This document shows positions 34,716-35,529 of a stretch of 35,529 bases of DNA, piece after piece (within the stretch, counting starts at the first letter, position 1; each line of letters starts with the position of its first letter). A program made the translations under genes and the position numbers. The DNA lies in NCBI GenBank assembly GCA_963721685.1, contig CAVRJJ010000001.1, positions 369,950-405,478 on the forward strand, in the 5' to 3' direction. Under the pieces are notes generated by a model. It saw only the letters and a list, made by a program, of their open reading frames with translations, made no database searches and was not told the origin of the DNA. The stretch comes from an uncultured bacterium (GTDB lineage Bacteria; Patescibacteriota; Saccharimonadia; UBA4664; SCTI01).

Positions 34716-35529
34716 TACCAATTGATTTCGAGCAAGAGTTTAGTGCCGAGCGTGCCGATAATTCAGGTTCATTGGACGACTTAATATATGACCGCTACGA
34801 AAACGTGTTTGGCGTCACCAGTACCTTTGGTCGTGAAGATTTACGACCAAAGGCCGCCCAGACAGTCCGAGAAACAATTATTAGCAAATTCGCATCCCAG
34901 CGAGGCCAGGGCGTTTTTCAAACTATGGGCAGAGAGATTGAAGACGTGATCACGAGGCTTCGTCACGAAAATGGCGACTTACAGGAAAGAGAAGATCTGG
35001 GAATGAACGCGGCCGCTGTCCGCCTTGAGCCGCAAGCGCGAAACGGCCGAAATCTTCGCCACCGGCAATATGGCGGTTATCTATATTAGTGAGAGTGGTA
35101 ACGCCGAATACTTAACAGAAAATCAAAGTATCGGAGCCATTCATGGGGATATTGAGGATTCAAAAGCTCCCAAACGACGCACGGCAATACGTCGCATACT
35201 AGAAGGAAAGCGAGCCGAAAAAGAAGGTAAGCCGCCGGAAGAGCAAGATCGCATTGAGCGGGAACTTCAAGAAGAGTTAGCTAAATACCATCAAATTGGT
35301 ACTAAAAAGGTTGAACCTGGCGGCCGGTTTGTTATGATGAGCAGGGCCGTATTGTATGACCAGGGCTGGGATGAAAGCGCTATGTTGGACCAAGTTAAAA
35401 GCTTAATAAGTGGCAAGAGCTTCGACAGAAGCAACTCAGGCTGTACTTGGACTCTCTGGAGATCACGGTGCTGATAAGTCAGTGCTAGTTGTAGACGTTA
35501 CCGATCGTAACACCTAAAGCCAATTTACA

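Larger units (their letters stand above)
31993..35517 (+). pseudogene. One large gene (~1,170 codons) broken by multiple frameshifts: helical region, hydrophobic hairpin, Pro/Gly linker, repeat pair, PP2C-like C-terminus
   Basis: SD AGGGGAG + ATG 31993; contiguous protein-like + strand frames (32075-33223, 33201-33428, ~33545-33922, 33874-34068, 34253-35089, 35025-35474, 35461-35517) with no evident internal starts or gaps. These may be assembly indels rather than true decay. Confidence 0.65.

Noticed and set aside
32075-35517. Stop-codon reassignment (code 25) as the cause of the fragmented ORFs
   Set aside because: The breaks require frame changes, and TGA serves as a normal stop in conserved genes (LCP, parA, yggT, secD).

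Overview
Chromosomal housekeeping region of a Patescibacteria (CPR) genome, most like Saccharibacteria. The assignment is inferred from standard code 11, the compact gene order, a type-2 IleRS, and DUF5663-like and PGPGW proteins. Core genes are LCP, lepB, parAB, a sortase with its LAPTG substrate, rplU, rodA, ileS, yggT, nrdR, ftsZ, ftsA, map, dgkA, ybeY, yqeY, rpsU, HIT, SPFH, hisS, recJ, secDF, priA, def and fmt. The most interesting signals lie outside these genes: (i) a ~225-nt two-armed structured RNA candidate next to the hisS 3' end (20754-20979, + strand); (ii) an Rpf-type muralytic enzyme gene behind an 11-bp-periodic operator array, a consensus promoter and a 150-nt four-hairpin leader that buries the SD and ATG; (iii) a recurrent GCTTATGCT box inside promoters of envelope and division genes; (iv) widespread leaderless-type promoters; (v) two self-contained ~67% GC orphan cassettes, one pilin-like; (vi) a frameshift-broken ~1,170-codon gene ending in an apparently catalytically dead PP2C fold. 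No CRISPR, rRNA, tRNA or transposase was seen. All family calls come from motif recognition by eye, not database searches.
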